From Lingula anatina (taxonomy: Eukaryota; Animalia; Brachiopoda): DNA of 64,000 nucleotides. The notes beneath the pieces were generated by a model, which had not been told where the DNA came from, did no database searches, and saw only the letters and a program-made list of their open reading frames with translations. Of this stretch, positions 30,201 to 45,239 are shown one piece after another (positions within the stretch are counted from its first letter, which is position 1; the number at the start of each line of letters is the position of its first letter). The DNA is taken from assembly GCA_051362555.1 (NCBI GenBank), contig CM120640.1, positions 20,460,001 to 20,524,000 on the forward strand. Reading direction: 5' to 3'. The translations under genes and the position numbers were made by a program.

Positions 30201-31015
30201 TTACAGCAGTAGCAGGAAGATTTCCTAGATTGTATCTGCAGGGCAAGGAAAAAGATCTTGTGATAGTTGTCAAGTTGATCCATCTGTCTTGCCAAGTATA
30301 ATTTCCTTTGTTGCTGCTATCAATACTATGTAAACATACACCTTCAAATAGGAATATCAACATATCAAAATAATTAATAACAATGATAATAACTTACAAA
30401 TTTTAAATAAAGAAGGAAAAGACAGCTACACTGCTTTCAAGCAATTGTACTTTATGGTTTAATATATAATTTAGCAAAAGGAATACATTACTGAAATATT
30501 TAAGATGTAACGTACCCAAAGAACCATCTTTAAAATACATTCCATTCAAAGCAACATCCATAAATTGATTGTTTTTCTTTGCTGTACTGATTGCATTAGA
30601 AATGTTCATTCTGGTGACAGACTCATTTGAAATACTGCTGACAGTGGTACGAATCCTAACATATGACACAGTGCCATTGAAGCCAACAACAGGGCTGCAA
30701 AATAAAAAAAAATTACAAATCAAACATCACTGGAATATAACAGTGGCATCGCAGGCTCATTGCAGATAATTATTATCTTAGGCCCCATTCCAGCATACAT
30801 GTATCATCTGTCTACATAGATTGATCAAACTCTGTGGGGACTCTTGCTGAGTGCAACCAGTTTAACTGAATGACACACTAAATGTCACACTTTAAATTAA
30901 TCTGCATAGACCGAGGGTGTCTATGGAAATGGGATATTAGTGAGGCCTTATCCGACATCATTAATTCAAAACAGTTTTAGGACTTAGATGTCATACAGAG
31001 GGGCCTTAATTTATC

Positions 31016-31066
<51 letters not shown>

Positions 31067-31803
31067 AAATAATGATTTTAATTATAATTACCTTGGCATA
31101 ACTGATGTAACTTCAACTTCATGTATTCTGGGCATAACTTCATAAAGAACTTTTTGTAACTGAAAGGCAGAAATAAATTGAAATTTTAAGACAGACAGAT
31201 AATTAGTAGTAGCACCAATAAAAATGTGGCTTAGTGGCAGAAAAGTATCACCTAGGCAAGTTTAAAGTCAGCCTGAGCGAGATTGAAATCTTAACTCACA
31301 GACAATTTTAGATTATGAATAGATTTATCAAATCCCTAATAATGTCATTTTAGTTGTAAAATTTATATCTTTTATGAATGAAATTTCAATCTCACCTAGG
31401 TGATACAAATATCCACAATTTGAAAAAAGTCTGCATATATGTATAGTTTTCCAAAATGGAAATTTCACTATTATAATAAATAATAGTTATGAGAGTGATA
31501 TATATACATTTTGGCATGTATACACACACATTTATGCACAGTTTCATATTTTTACACAAAAACAGTCATTCATGAAATGGGCACAACTGCTAAATTGTTT
31601 CATGAAATGTCAGCAGTAATGGGTTTAAAAAGTGGAAACAATCTGAATGTCAACCTGTAAAACACATTGTCAACTGGTTTATAACAATCTCCCATCATGT
31701 GGTAATGACAAATCTTTTCAATGGGGAAAATCATTTATCTTTCAGATAAATAATGTTGGAATCATTAAAAATAATATTCTGTAAAGCATTTTTGGGTCCT
31801 TTG

Positions 31804-31846
<43 letters not shown>

Positions 31847-34800
31847 GCTACAATCGATGTTTTCATGGATGCTTTTATCAACCTTCATCTTGCAATATGT
31901 ACTCAAGAACTAATTTCTAGATTAAAAGTGCATTCCCAGATATTTAGATAGATCCATCTAGATCGACCTAACTCCCTGGGGGTTGACGCTAAATTGCTGT
32001 TAGCCGAGCGTGCACGGTAGTTAATTACCCCCTTACAGCTTTAAGTAGGCGGGACAGACGCTTAAGCCGGCTAAGCTGACAGTCACCCCATTTCCATAGA
32101 TTAGATCGATTTACTTTAGATTGACCTAACTCCCTGGGGGTTCACGCTAAATAGCTGTCAGCCGGGCGGACACGAAAGTTAATTACCCCCTTACAGCTTG
32201 CAGTAGGCGGGACGGACATTTAAGTCGGATTATCTGAAAGTAATCTAGTGAGACTCCCCGCGGGGATAGATCGATCTAAAACCTATGGGAATAGAGCCAG
32301 TAATCTAGTGAGATTCCCCACAGGGATAGATCGATCTAAAATCTGTGGGAATGGGATCTTAGGCAGATGTCTGAATGCTTTTCATAAATAATTACACTTT
32401 CCGTATCATCTCCGGTCTTGGTAATAATAGAACTCTGAAAGATGGATTCATGGTGTAGTGTCGTGTCTGTATTTTCTTTAAATGCATTCTTCCTCTTTTT
32501 AGAAAATAAACAGCCCACTTAAGTACCCCCAACCTGACAAAAGTATAGCAGAAAAAAATATGCCATGGTTTGAAAGTGTGAGTCAAATAGTTTTTAAAAT
32601 TGGTTTTGAAAATTTGTCATTTCATTTTCTGTGACTTGACAGAAAAATGGCAAACATTCAGATACCAAATGACAAAAAACAAAAAATAGTGAAAATAATC
32701 TGATCATGCCAACTATCAAAAGGAACTTGCGTTTTTTCCTAAACAAAGCTATTGAACAAATTTCAGGTAAAACAAAATATAGTTGAGTACTAATGGGGTA
32801 TACTGTGTCCCAAAAAAAGGATGAAAACTCTCATGAATTAAATAACTATAAAAATTTACCAAATCAAAAACAATAATTACACAGTCAAACTATGATCCAA
32901 CATTTATGTTAAGTTAGGAAAAAGCATATTAAACTCCAACATTCAGGATTTTTGAGCCTCTGACAAACACTGTTTTCTCACGCAACATTGTTTATCGACT
33001 GACTGAAACTGTACACCAAATGAAAAACTATAATAATCTAAACCACAGTACATAATACAGCTTTCAGGAAAATGTCACTTTCTGGAGGCTAAATATAAAC
33101 AAGCTGATAAAATTACCAGTAATTTCCATTTTGTTCACTTCAAGGGTTAACTAGAGAAGCAAGATTAATCAACCAAACATTGACGTCACTACTACCAAGC
33201 AAGTTGATTTTGCTGTAATATGCCTAATAATGGACCATTATTTTGCAAAAATAAAATAAAATAATTTTAAATAAATATAAACATAAATTGATAAAAAGAA
33301 TTATAAGAATCATCCAAAGATGGTTAATATCATGTTAGCAGTCAAACCCTTTTTAAAAATATTTTTTAAAATAACATTATTAAATTATTAACAACATAGA
33401 TAATGACATACTATCCTTGGCAGTATGCAATACTAGGGCAAGTGAATAATAACTTAATTCTCATAAGCACATACCTTGGTCTGAAATATAGTCCACAGAT
33501 TCCAATAGGCTCTCGAGGATGAAGAGATGTCATGGGTGAACAGTATGTGAACAATATAAGTCTGGCGTGCCACTGTAAAGATGGATCAGAATCTGAAGAT
33601 ATTCTAACAGCATGTCATTTATTTAATGGTACCCAGGTACATTAAAATATATATATTTAAAATATATTTATTTAAATTTGTTTAAATACAAATTGCACTG
33701 TACAAGCAAAATACTTGTATATAACATATAGTACTGCACCTGTTTAAACTTGGACAGCAAAGCAAGTGGAACAGTAATACAAGGTATTCATGCAGTTATA
33801 AGTTTTTACATTCAAAACAAGGCAGAAATTGAATTTGAGTTTTAGGCACACTTCTCAATGTTTTGATAATGGTCAAAGCCAATTTAGCTATATATGCATC
33901 TGTAATGTCACTTATGTACAAATTGGGCTTTAGACAAAATAAAGAAAAATATACATATCTAAATGAATGCTACCTAAAGCTGAAAGATAATTAAATAATA
34001 AAAAGTTGATAAATTAATTTGCAAAAATTACTTATATTAAGTCCTGCAATGCAGTAGAAGTTCAGTATAAGTTAACGCAGGTGTGATATAATGATTCATA
34101 TAGAAATAAGGCCAATTACTAGTAAATCTACCTATTATACTTAAACTGGGCACCTGATCTGGTGTTATTATACGTAGTTCTTCAGATGAGTAGAAAAGGT
34201 CGATCAGACGTTCATATTGAACTAACCGCTTTCTTGTAATCAGTCATAGCATTTGTTTATATTATTCATGTGCTAACTGGTAATTGGAACGGTAAACTAG
34301 CCTTGACCAATTAGCATGGTGAATGATGATGACGAACAATTCCAAGACAAATCTCATAACAAAGTCACTCAGCATGTCCACATTGTCTCATCATAAAATG
34401 ACTGACTCTTTCAGCTGCTGCGGGCGCTCATTAATCATTCACTAGACCGACAGTAACATGTTCACAGTTTGCATAGTATAATTTAAATCTGAAACTCACT
34501 ATCAGACAACTGCACTACTTAACCAATTAAGGGCCAAAATGTCTGAGATGCACAGTGCCTGTGTCTCTCTTTCATTCTGCTCACAGAATCAAGATGAAGT
34601 AAATATGCTTGTAATTTGTTAAATCTCTGACACAAAATACATACGGACTGGTGTCGTGAAGCAAGATCAAAGGATAATCAGCTTAGTGCAAGCTTTTTGG
34701 AAAACCAACTGCGTTTTGATCACGTGTATGTGTCCTTCAGTACAAGTAGAGAGTGATCGCGTGTTTGTGTCATTTGGTTAGGTAGATCCAGACCAGGTTA

Positions 34801-37800
34801 GACAGGTCTTTGGTTGGATGAGACGAGGAACTCTTAGAAATTAACTGTAAGTACAATCTATTGTATCATTGTGGAAGCAAGATGAGAATTTGATATGTAA
34901 ACTCATGAATGAATTCAAAATGCCCAATATGGTGAAAGCAATTATGTCTGTTACAGTAAACTGAGCTTTTATAATTGTATAATTGTGATGTAGAATACTT
35001 GATTTTAGCTATGATCCCAAAGAATTAAATTTATATACAGACATCACCTGTGTCGTCATTGCCCTCACCATGCACTTTCAGTGATAACACAATAAGTGGA
35101 AAAAAGTTTCACTTTTTAACTTCAAACTTATGGTATGATGAATATTCATGAAATATAGATTGAGTTCGAAATCAGCATGATTGGGCCATTTTTTCAAAAG
35201 ATATGCTGTTTTTTTGTTGTTTTTTTTTTGCTTTTTTTAGCATATTTGCAACATTGATAACACATTTCAAGGAAAATCTATAGGCCTATTGTCTTAAAAC
35301 TCACAGGTGTGATCAATCTTACTGAAATACTATTTTGTGCATCATCTGCTTTTTGTCTGTACATTTGACAGCTTGCTGCCTTGTTAGTCTCATGATTTTT
35401 CGTTTTTGGGAGAAAATAAACCTTGAGATGCAGCAATATTGAAAAGTCTCAAAGTAATAGCAGAATTTGTAAAGACTGCTGTTAAAATACATATATGTAC
35501 AGTAGTTCACATACAATTTAGTACATCACGGCCACTAATTGTTGATAATGCTGAGAATAGCTTAATTGATTTTATAGCATAACATGCATTAACACGTGTA
35601 ATTTAGCATACTACATATGTAAACATATATAAAGGTATATCCTTATATATTGTGTGAATAATATAGTGCTCAATAAACTTATTTTTATTATTATTATTAT
35701 TATTATTATAGACAGGGATACGTGTTACTCAGCACCTAGGTGCAACCCCCCCGACGGAAATCGTACACTGTCGCTGTTCCTCAGGGCTAGTAAAAGCGTT
35801 CCCATCACAAGATTTTTTACAAGCTAGATTTTATTGTGCCCTGACACTCAGGGTAACTAGCACACCCTGCAGTCAGAAAGTAGAGACAGTGACAAACACA
35901 CAAATTGCTTCTTTAATTCAAGTGCTTGATGATATTTACTTGGGTATAATGATTGTAAAAGTGATGCAGAGTGGATCTTGATCTCGTTTAAGTGTTAAAA
36001 ACCTCACCTCATTAATGGACTTCAACTTCATGGTTCTATCTTGTTATCAGATTCTTGGAATCTTTGGAATCATCCCAGTGCATGCTATTCAATAGCACTT
36101 ACCTGGGTTAATCAAGTCATTAGAGGGCATGACAGATAATAAGATGTTTAACTGTTACCTTGTTAACTTATTTTAGATATGTAATGGATTGTTGACAAGT
36201 GAGTCAGAGGATGACAGACCCCAGACAACCCTGAAGAACAATTCTGTACCTGGTAAGCTATTATGAAGAATTTATTTGTAATGCTGAAAAACCCCAGATT
36301 ATTTTACAATAAATTAAACAGAATGTCTGCTTTGAAAGATATCATTAAAATACCACTTGTAAAGTGTTTCAAATTGCTTTAGAGAGTCTATGTTGAATAC
36401 ATTGTATTTTAGATAATAGAGTGACAAGTGACTCTGCAGATGAGAGAACCCAGTAATCCCTGCAGAACAACTCTGTGACTGGTAAGCTGTTAAGAAGAAT
36501 TTATTTGTAATGCTGTGAAGACTATTTTTTTAATTAAACAATATAATGTCTGCTTCAAAATACATTATTAGTACGGCGGTTTAAAATGTGTGCCTGCCAG
36601 TTGCTTTTAAAACACTTTTGTTTAATATATCACTTGAAGATGATAAGTTGTTTAACTGTTACCTTGTACTCATAGAGGGACTTGAAGAATAATACATGTA
36701 CATTTAGTTTACCCAATGGATGAGTCTTCAAAGAAAGGCCTTAAAGATTCCATTTATTAAAAGTATTGACACTTTGCCCATTTGCAAAGTAAATGGAAAT
36801 TGGTGTGCTGGGGAAAACATGGAGGTTAACTTTATGGTTCATGGAAAAAAATTGCCACTTAAACATGAGCTTTACTCTTTTTATGGCAGGAAGTACAGTG
36901 ATGTTTCATCTTCAAACTTGGAACTTGTTAAATCAGACTTCAATTCAGCCAGAGGCCAGTGCAGGTTTCCTACTTTGTTTTTTATCCTAAAGTAATTATA
37001 AATAAATAACATGTCAAATATAAGTTTGTGGTTGGTGAAGTTTTGAGTCTCTTCTGTATGATTTGCAGTCTTCGATGTCAAATTAATAGGTGTCATTTAA
37101 GAAAACAAGCGAAAAACTTAGTATCTGACCCCTCTTACTGAGGCGTCACAGCTACATGTACATGATTAAGTTGGTAGGAAAATTCTTATACTTGTCCTGT
37201 CACTGCATGTCTCCTTCACCAACAGAAAAAGTCAACAGGTATAGAGAAAATGCAAGAACCCGTTATGTAGGAGATAATGGAAAACAGAAATTGAAAAGCC
37301 CAAATTTAATTTCCACATGTTGATGCAAGCCTAAGTGCAAGAAACTGTAAGATGGTGACAACGCAACCATGAGAGACCACAGGAAATTGCGTAGTTAGTG
37401 GGAAAAAAAATAGAAAGTCACATAGGCACAGCGCACTCGACCTTCATTATAATCTATTTGGACTCTCAGGAAGCTATCAAAACAGCTTAACAATCGGCAG
37501 ATATTACCAGAACGCAGTTGTCTTCAAGGGAAGATGCCATGCCACCATTCCATGTGTATTTTGTGTGAGAGGTTAAATCAAAACAAGTATTGGGTATATA
37601 GCATGCAAACTACTTTCAGTAAAAATTTCTAAGAGTATGAAGCATGCTGTCTTAAAGGCCTAGCTTAGTGCATACACCTTATATATCACAGAGGGTTTTT
37701 TCCTTAAAATTTGAACAATTTTTCGTATCCTCTAACTTACCATCTCCAAATCCACTGTGAAAGTTATGAGGTACGAATAAATCCTGTTTTTAAGTATTAA

Positions 37801-40800
37801 TTGATGGTTTTTACTGTTACAAGAGAAATGAACCAGTCCAGGGCATCAAGTTATAATGGACCTTCAAAAAATAGGCAAATAGGAAAAAATTATTTCAAAA
37901 AGGGAAAAATGAGGAATTATACTGTAACATATCTGTTTAAGAGCATACATTTCATCCATTGTGCTTCTTTAGTCAACAAAATTTAAACTGTGAAAAAAAT
38001 CATATTTTAACATTCTTTGGCTTTCTTAACTGATGACTTAACTGATGAACAATCAGGTTTTTTACTAGACAATTTTCTTCCCTAATGCTGCACACTGTTT
38101 TGCTGGGATGGCTTTTTTTAGTCCTCATAAACAACAACACCATTTGTGATTTTGAGCTGTGGATTTGTGATAGCAAATGCTGAATCAGCAACCTAAACCA
38201 CAATTTCATTGTGTGAATATGAAAATACTTGTTGCAAACACCGCAACAAAAATAGCTTTTACCTTTTCTCTCACTGTTTATAAATGGGTTCGATTTCTTT
38301 TTTTCCACTCGGAACTAATTTCAGTATGAAAGAAGATATGAAAAACTGCTAATTAGAGCTTTTGGAGACTCTTAAGTAAAAAAAAATGCAACAAATAGGA
38401 TACAAGTATTAACACATTTCCAAGAACTTACAAATATCTATTTTCTATGAAATTAACATAATCATTAGAAAAATAGATAAAAAGCTTCAAAAATGAATTG
38501 AACTAATCTACAGTTCATTTCTGTATAATCTACAATTAATACTGCATATCAGTATGGGTGTAATGGAACGTGGTAGGTGAGGGGACTTAAGCTTGCTGTT
38601 CACTAGTTTTCATTGCATTGTTTGCAACAAGTATCTATGCGATGGCATAAATAGTTGTTTAAACCCACAGCACCAGGAACCGCACATGTGCAGTTCATTA
38701 AAAAAATTCCCCAGTGCCAGCAAATGCAAATACGCGGTTTCTGTGCTTGTATACACATAATGTCCACTATCATTTGTAACAATTTATGCTTCCATCACAG
38801 GAATAACCCGATGTTAGTTCTTTGTTTACTACCGGCTTTTGAAAGACATGTGATGAGAGTTAAGAGCGCATTCTCAACGAATTAAGCCAGGCTTTACAAA
38901 GTCGGTGACCTAAAAATGGCAGACGTACATGAAAGAAAAACCGCCTAATCTTTTAATAGTCTCTCCGCCTCTCACACGCCTCCCCACACGTCGTCCCTGC
39001 GGGGTACAGTAATTAAATCTCGGCTCCGAACATTAATATTTCCGTGAATATCTCTGGTGATATTATCTCCGTAGATAGTCGATTCATTGCTGCTCTACGG
39101 GCCAAATTATTCCTTTTTCGTCTCTGTTTTCAAAGATTATAGAACAGAAGAGCTTTTTTCCTTCGATCGCCTTCAGCTGCCATGCTTTCTTCACCTCGAG
39201 TTTAACTGATGAGCATGCGCACTTAATATTTCTCAGGTAGCTTCCACATGGCGAACGGAGACGCGATTTAATTACTGTACCCCGCAGGGACGACGTGTGG
39301 GGAGGCGGAGAGACTATTAAAAGATTAGGCGGTTTTTCTTTCATGTACGTCCGCCATTTTTAGGTCACCGGCTTTGTAAAGCCTGGCTTAATTCGTTGAG
39401 AATGCGCTCTTAGATAATGAAAAAGCGATTTATTTTGACCCTTGTCGAGACGCTAAGAAGTCAAGATGGCGACAAGAAGTCAACAGAAGTAATGGAGTGA
39501 GAAATGTTCTAGAACTATTAAATATTCAGTCTTCGGGGAAGAGTCCTTGATACATTTTGATACTCCGACAACAGCAAACATGATGTTTCTTTGGCTAGTA
39601 TGAGTCGTCAGAAGATTCTGACGTGGAGCTAGATTTATGGAAAATGCTGATGATACTAGCTGCTGATTGGAATGGGGACATCGCTGATAAAAATTACTGT
39701 AACCATTTCTGTGGCAAGTCAGGCTAAATGCTGCCTGGTGTGCTCCATCAACTTGTCTTTTCCTGCTTGTGTATAAATACAGAGATGTCATATGTTACGT
39801 TGTACTGCATCAAGATGTCTTTTCCTGCTTATGTATAAGTACAAATGACATGTTTACTTGGGTGCTGCATCAACATATGCCTCTTCCTGCTTGTGTATTA
39901 ATACAGATGTAATATCTTTACTAGTGTGCTGTATCAACATGTCTTTTCCTGCTTGTGTATTAGTATAAATACCACGTTTACTTGTGTTTTTATGATGGGA
40001 TTTAAGTTTTATTCGCGAAAGTGTAATATTTTCTCATGACAATGTTTTTGTATATAATTTGAGTGCAAAACAAAATTTTATGTTATTTCTAGTTCAGTTG
40101 ATAAATAAATAAATAAATTTAAAAAAAACTATAAAAAACTATTGAAAAAGGCACTTGTTTATAATCTAATTTGTAATTATAAAAGTAAATAGGCGTAAGT
40201 CTTCTAGTCAGCAAGCCAGCCTGTATATTGTGCAGCTCTCTGACGTGATGTAGGTTTTTAGGTACAGCATGAATCCCAGGAAATTTATTATTGCTCAAAA
40301 ACTAAATATCTTTCTGAAATTTCCTGACATTGTTTAAAACATATTTAGGATGCCTATGAGAAAATTTCAATGAATTATTTGGTAAAATGAAAAAGAATGT
40401 GCATGCTGAAATTAAAATTTTGTTTTTTTACTTCTCCTCAAGAAAAGCAAGTTCTCATTTCTACCTAAGTTACCAAATGTGAATAAAACTGATATGACTT
40501 TAAAGCTTACATTCTTGACTTTATAAAAATGTACAGTTTTTAGGTGTTTTCTAGACAAATGAATATATTATCATTGATTAAAGAGGCTGCCTGTAAAATT
40601 GAGTGCACCCAGGAAGAGGCCTCAGGACCAACGGCACTTTTTAGGTCAGATGCTGTCAGGCTCTATGGGGTTAAGATTATTATAACCCTTCATTATCATC
40701 CAGCTATTGAAAATGAGGTTTTTCCTCCATCTAATTATTCAATAATGCATTTATCTTTGCGCTGATTTAAAACAATTTAAAAAGAACTGGAAAATATAAA

Positions 40801-42162
40801 ATATCAGTGTTTATATTTCATCACTGCAATGTATAAGTAAAGGCAACTCAATTTAACACATTTCTATTTTGAGATAAGATAATCAGTATGAGGTGTAACT
40901 TCATCCCTGAACTAGTTTTTATCATGACAATTGGTAGAGTTGACAATGAGTGTATAAGCTACAATCCTGTGCCGTCATTTTGGTTTAAATGTTTTTGTTA
41001 TGGAGTTATGAGCCCCTAACTACAGATTTTCATAAAAAAAAGACATTATTTTGCTTTATCAATGATAAAATCTGAACGAAGACTTTTAGGAAAAATCACT
41101 GGCAGGGTTTTGGAGTACTAAATGGTGTCATTCAATTGGTGTTAAAACGGTGATCGTGCTCAGGTAAAAGAGAAATTTCAGAAACTGAATTTTCAGTTTT
41201 TGCACCAAAATCACAATTATGACATCATCTGTAAGATGACATATGTGTAAATGTTAATTAATTTAGTCACTGAACACTGAAGACCTATCTATTACCCAAA
41301 AGAATGTATGTAAGGCAGTAAATAAGGAGTTTTGGGCAAAGGGTGACAATATACTTAAGCTGTTGCTCTTTTGTAGTTAAAGGGTTTGGGTGTTTTCTTT
41401 TCATCCTTGGTCAGCATTTTGATGAACTTGCATATGACATCCAACTGCTTAAGAATACCGCAAGTACTGTAGTAGTAGGTCTGATGCCAAGCAAATGAAC
41501 TTCAGTATGTTCCACACATGTAGGCATCTAAGGTTAACTTAGGTTTTAAGTAATCTCACTTTCCTGCACTGTGCTTTAATAGGGCATGTAGGTCCAAGCA
41601 TAATTAATTTAATATCTTTGCTAACCTTTCCAAACCTTCATAAACAGTTCAATGTTGCTAAAGTATCCACATTTTATTTTCCTATAACCAACATGACTTG
41701 ACACATAAAATCATTTCTAGGCCAAAAATAGGAAAAATAGGAATTTTCTCTAGAAAATATGATAAAATAGGAATATCTTTAAAAAAATCATTATATCATT
41801 ATTTGGTCAACACTTTTGTACATGGTATACCTTGGTGATTCAGGCAAGTGTTGGGATTTCCCAGAAAATGAAACTTTCTGATAAACATGCATACACACAC
41901 ACACACGCATGCACAAACACACACACTTTTTACACTAATTGCAGGACTTTTAAAGATTCTCTCCAGCATCTTTTGGGTCTCGAAACATTTTTCTTGAATG
42001 ATCTTCTTTTAAAAATTAAAGCATGTTGATGTCATTATATCCATCAGCAAACATTTTAGTCACCACTTTTTTAATCTTTAAAAAAATGCATTTGTCAATC
42101 CAGGATTTTTCTTTCATGTAACTTTTATGAATAATTCATCAAATGGTAAAAAATAAATAAAA

Positions 42163-42193
<31 letters not shown>

Positions 42194-45183
42194 ATACACC
42201 TTGACCAGGGATTACAGTTTTAAATAACAGTGAAGCAGATGAAAAACATAAAAACAAAACAGTATTTCAGTAAAAGTCAATAACTACCTCCTGCTCCAAG
42301 AAAATTATGTAATACATACATGACATTTCTATCAGTCCTTGACGATTACAGTTATCCCCAAGACAGCAAGAGTGGTTTTGAGAGCTGGCAGGGTTAATCT
42401 CTGCTGTCCTTGTCATACAAGCATCCAGGTTAATGCATTCCTTGGTAATGCTTATGCCACGTCCTGTGGTAGCAATAAGATCACTACAAGAACTCTGAAA
42501 AGATAAAGAATGAACCTTTTCATAAATATGCAAAACTGTCCGTTACTTTGTTTGTACAACTTTTTGTCAAACTACTATTTTCATCACAAAATAATAGATG
42601 CCCCCCCCCCCAAAAAAAAAAAAAAAAAGACTCATTAACTTCATTTTTGTTTATCAAAGAAGTAAAATACTACAACGTAGTGAAATACTTCCCACTCATA
42701 GCACTGAAATATAGACCAAGCTTCAAATATCAGCTTTATCAGCTAGACAACTTATGCTTCAGTTATTAATTTTTTTTCTCCAGCATGCAAATATATTGCA
42801 TACAATCCTTAACACAGAAATGTAAAGCCAAGACATTTGGTCAATTCCCTCTAATTTACTGGTCCCATTTATTATAATAATTGTGAAATATAGGTTAATT
42901 TTGAATAGTGAGTTGTTAACTTGACCATTTTTTTGTTTTTCCCTGACATTTTATCCTTTTCAATGCAATTAATCTATAAATCAAGTAAATTATTTTCCTC
43001 AAATGCATTAAAGTTCATAGCACTGAAGTAAGAATCACCATGGAATTATCATCTGGTCTCAAATAGTCAAATATAGGTGAAGATAAAAAGCAGCTTTAAT
43101 TAATCATTTCCCTTGCATTTATTTCATGCAGCATACAATTTCTTCAACTTCACAGAATTTGTCTATATTTCACCTGATACTTCCTGATATGTGCACTCAT
43201 TTCTTTTTCTGATATTGGTCTGTACATTTGACAGCTTTGCTGCTTTATTTATGATATCTTTTAAAAACATCTTTTATTATTCCAAAGTAATTTTGCAACA
43301 ATATCTGCACATGGTTCTGCAGTGAGAGTAAGAAATGTTTTTCTAAGAATGTCCACAACCGTGACTGTGTCAATCAATATATACACCTGGTCCATTAATG
43401 TGACAGTGAACATGAAAAACATAATGAACATTGACAATAATATCACATTTAGTTATGCACATAGTTATTATAAAAATTGCTTAAAGACACAAAACTAAAG
43501 TCATGATTCCTATAAAGTTTTTTCTTGTGGGGATCTAGAATAAACTTAGCTTGGTTGATGCTATAAATCGGCAATTTTAGGCAACTTGAAAAATCCAAGG
43601 TGTCAATTCCTGTATAAATAAACTCTAAATACAGGTCTATTATAGTGCTTGGACCATTATTTAGACCTCTAATACTGTAGGTAAATTTGTATTAATGTGG
43701 GAAGAAAATACCAATCTAAGTGATATAAGGCAAGTATATGAGGTCAATTGTTCACAATACGTAATAAGAGATGCTAATAAACTATGACAAAAGAAAAAAG
43801 ACTTGCATACTATACTTAGTCTAATCTATATATATAGGTTCAAACAAGGTTCAAACAATTGTGGACTGTAATCTAGCTACCATTATGCATGCATTAAAAT
43901 GCATGTACAACTGCTTAACAGTTATGTGTTAGAAGTAATATTCAATAATTCAAAAGTTAAATTATTCTATATGCATGATGATGAATGAAGTAATAAGTTT
44001 ATCACAAATAAAATCAAATAAAACGTCCACATCCCTGTTTGTATGGTCCACTAAGAACACATGATCCATGTAATCTATGGGTTGGAAAGTCAAGAAGGTG
44101 CAAATCTACCTGATGTGTGACGCTGATCAATAAACTGCAGTGTAAAAAACAAGAGTGATTTTTAGATGATGGTGATAAATGCATTATAAGCTCTCATCTA
44201 TGAACAGAACATACTAGACTATACTAATTTATTTGCACCTTCAGGCATGTACTGGAATTTAATCATGACTCCAGAGTTGATGGCATTTGATGACAGTGAC
44301 ACCTACATGCATGCATGCAGTGACTTCATCATTCAAAACTGCTCACCTGGCATTAACTCACCACAAAGTACCCAAGTTATGGAGGAGGAACATCACAAGA
44401 AAACAGCAGCAGAAATACCATTCTGAATATTCATAAATTAATGAATGAGGCATCATCAATCAACATATGGAGACATTAAAAACTGGAGGCATGCAAGTAG
44501 GTTTACTGGGAGAAAGAAAGACTTTTCAGTCCAGTGTCAATTAGTTTATAGGCTCAGATCTATTACGTAGACTTGCAAACATGGTTGAAATGGGTATATT
44601 GTTAAACCCACTTTTCAAATATTTAATGATTATATAGGCATATTATAAAAAGGATCATTACATGATAGTATAATTCATGGGTTTTGTAATGAAGTTTATG
44701 CAAAAGAATTGGTAACTGAAGAAGCAAAAGAAAATTGTAAATATCTTTATAAAGCAATACATAAATGGGTAATGACAAAAATAGAATGTTGAGCTTATAG
44801 CATATTCTCCCATAATTTCAAGCTAAAAAGAGAAGGATTTAGAAAAGAACTAAATACACATAAACAAGCTAATCATGGAAACATTAAATTTGATGACTTT
44901 AAATTACAACTAAATAAATAAATGAAAAGTCAGAGAGATTTATGTTACAAAGTTACAGTAAGGAGGAATAAAAAGGTTGAAAAAAGTTCAAAATATTTTC
45001 TAAATCTTGAAAAAATACATAATGCCAACAAAAGTAATCCAAAACCAAAGACTTATAGGTATACTGTGTAAGATTACAGTTCATCTTTTGCAAGTACCAT
45101 AATTATTAGTACCAACTGATGTGTTTACTTGTTTTTTTCTTCTCACTAGCATGTTATTTCACTAATTTACTTTGGTTAATTGC

Positions 45184-45239
<56 letters not shown>

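Noticed and set aside
32336-32518. ORF 'MGCLFSKK...' resembling a myristoylation/palmitoylation N-terminus
   Set aside because: The start codon is GTG (aaGTGggctgt), not ATG, and the ORF ends inside a MITE.
44110-44134. 25-nt minus-strand exon-like segment (ctgcag...gtagat)
   Set aside because: Phase-incompatible with the phase-0 intron it lies in, and the LU domain is complete without it.
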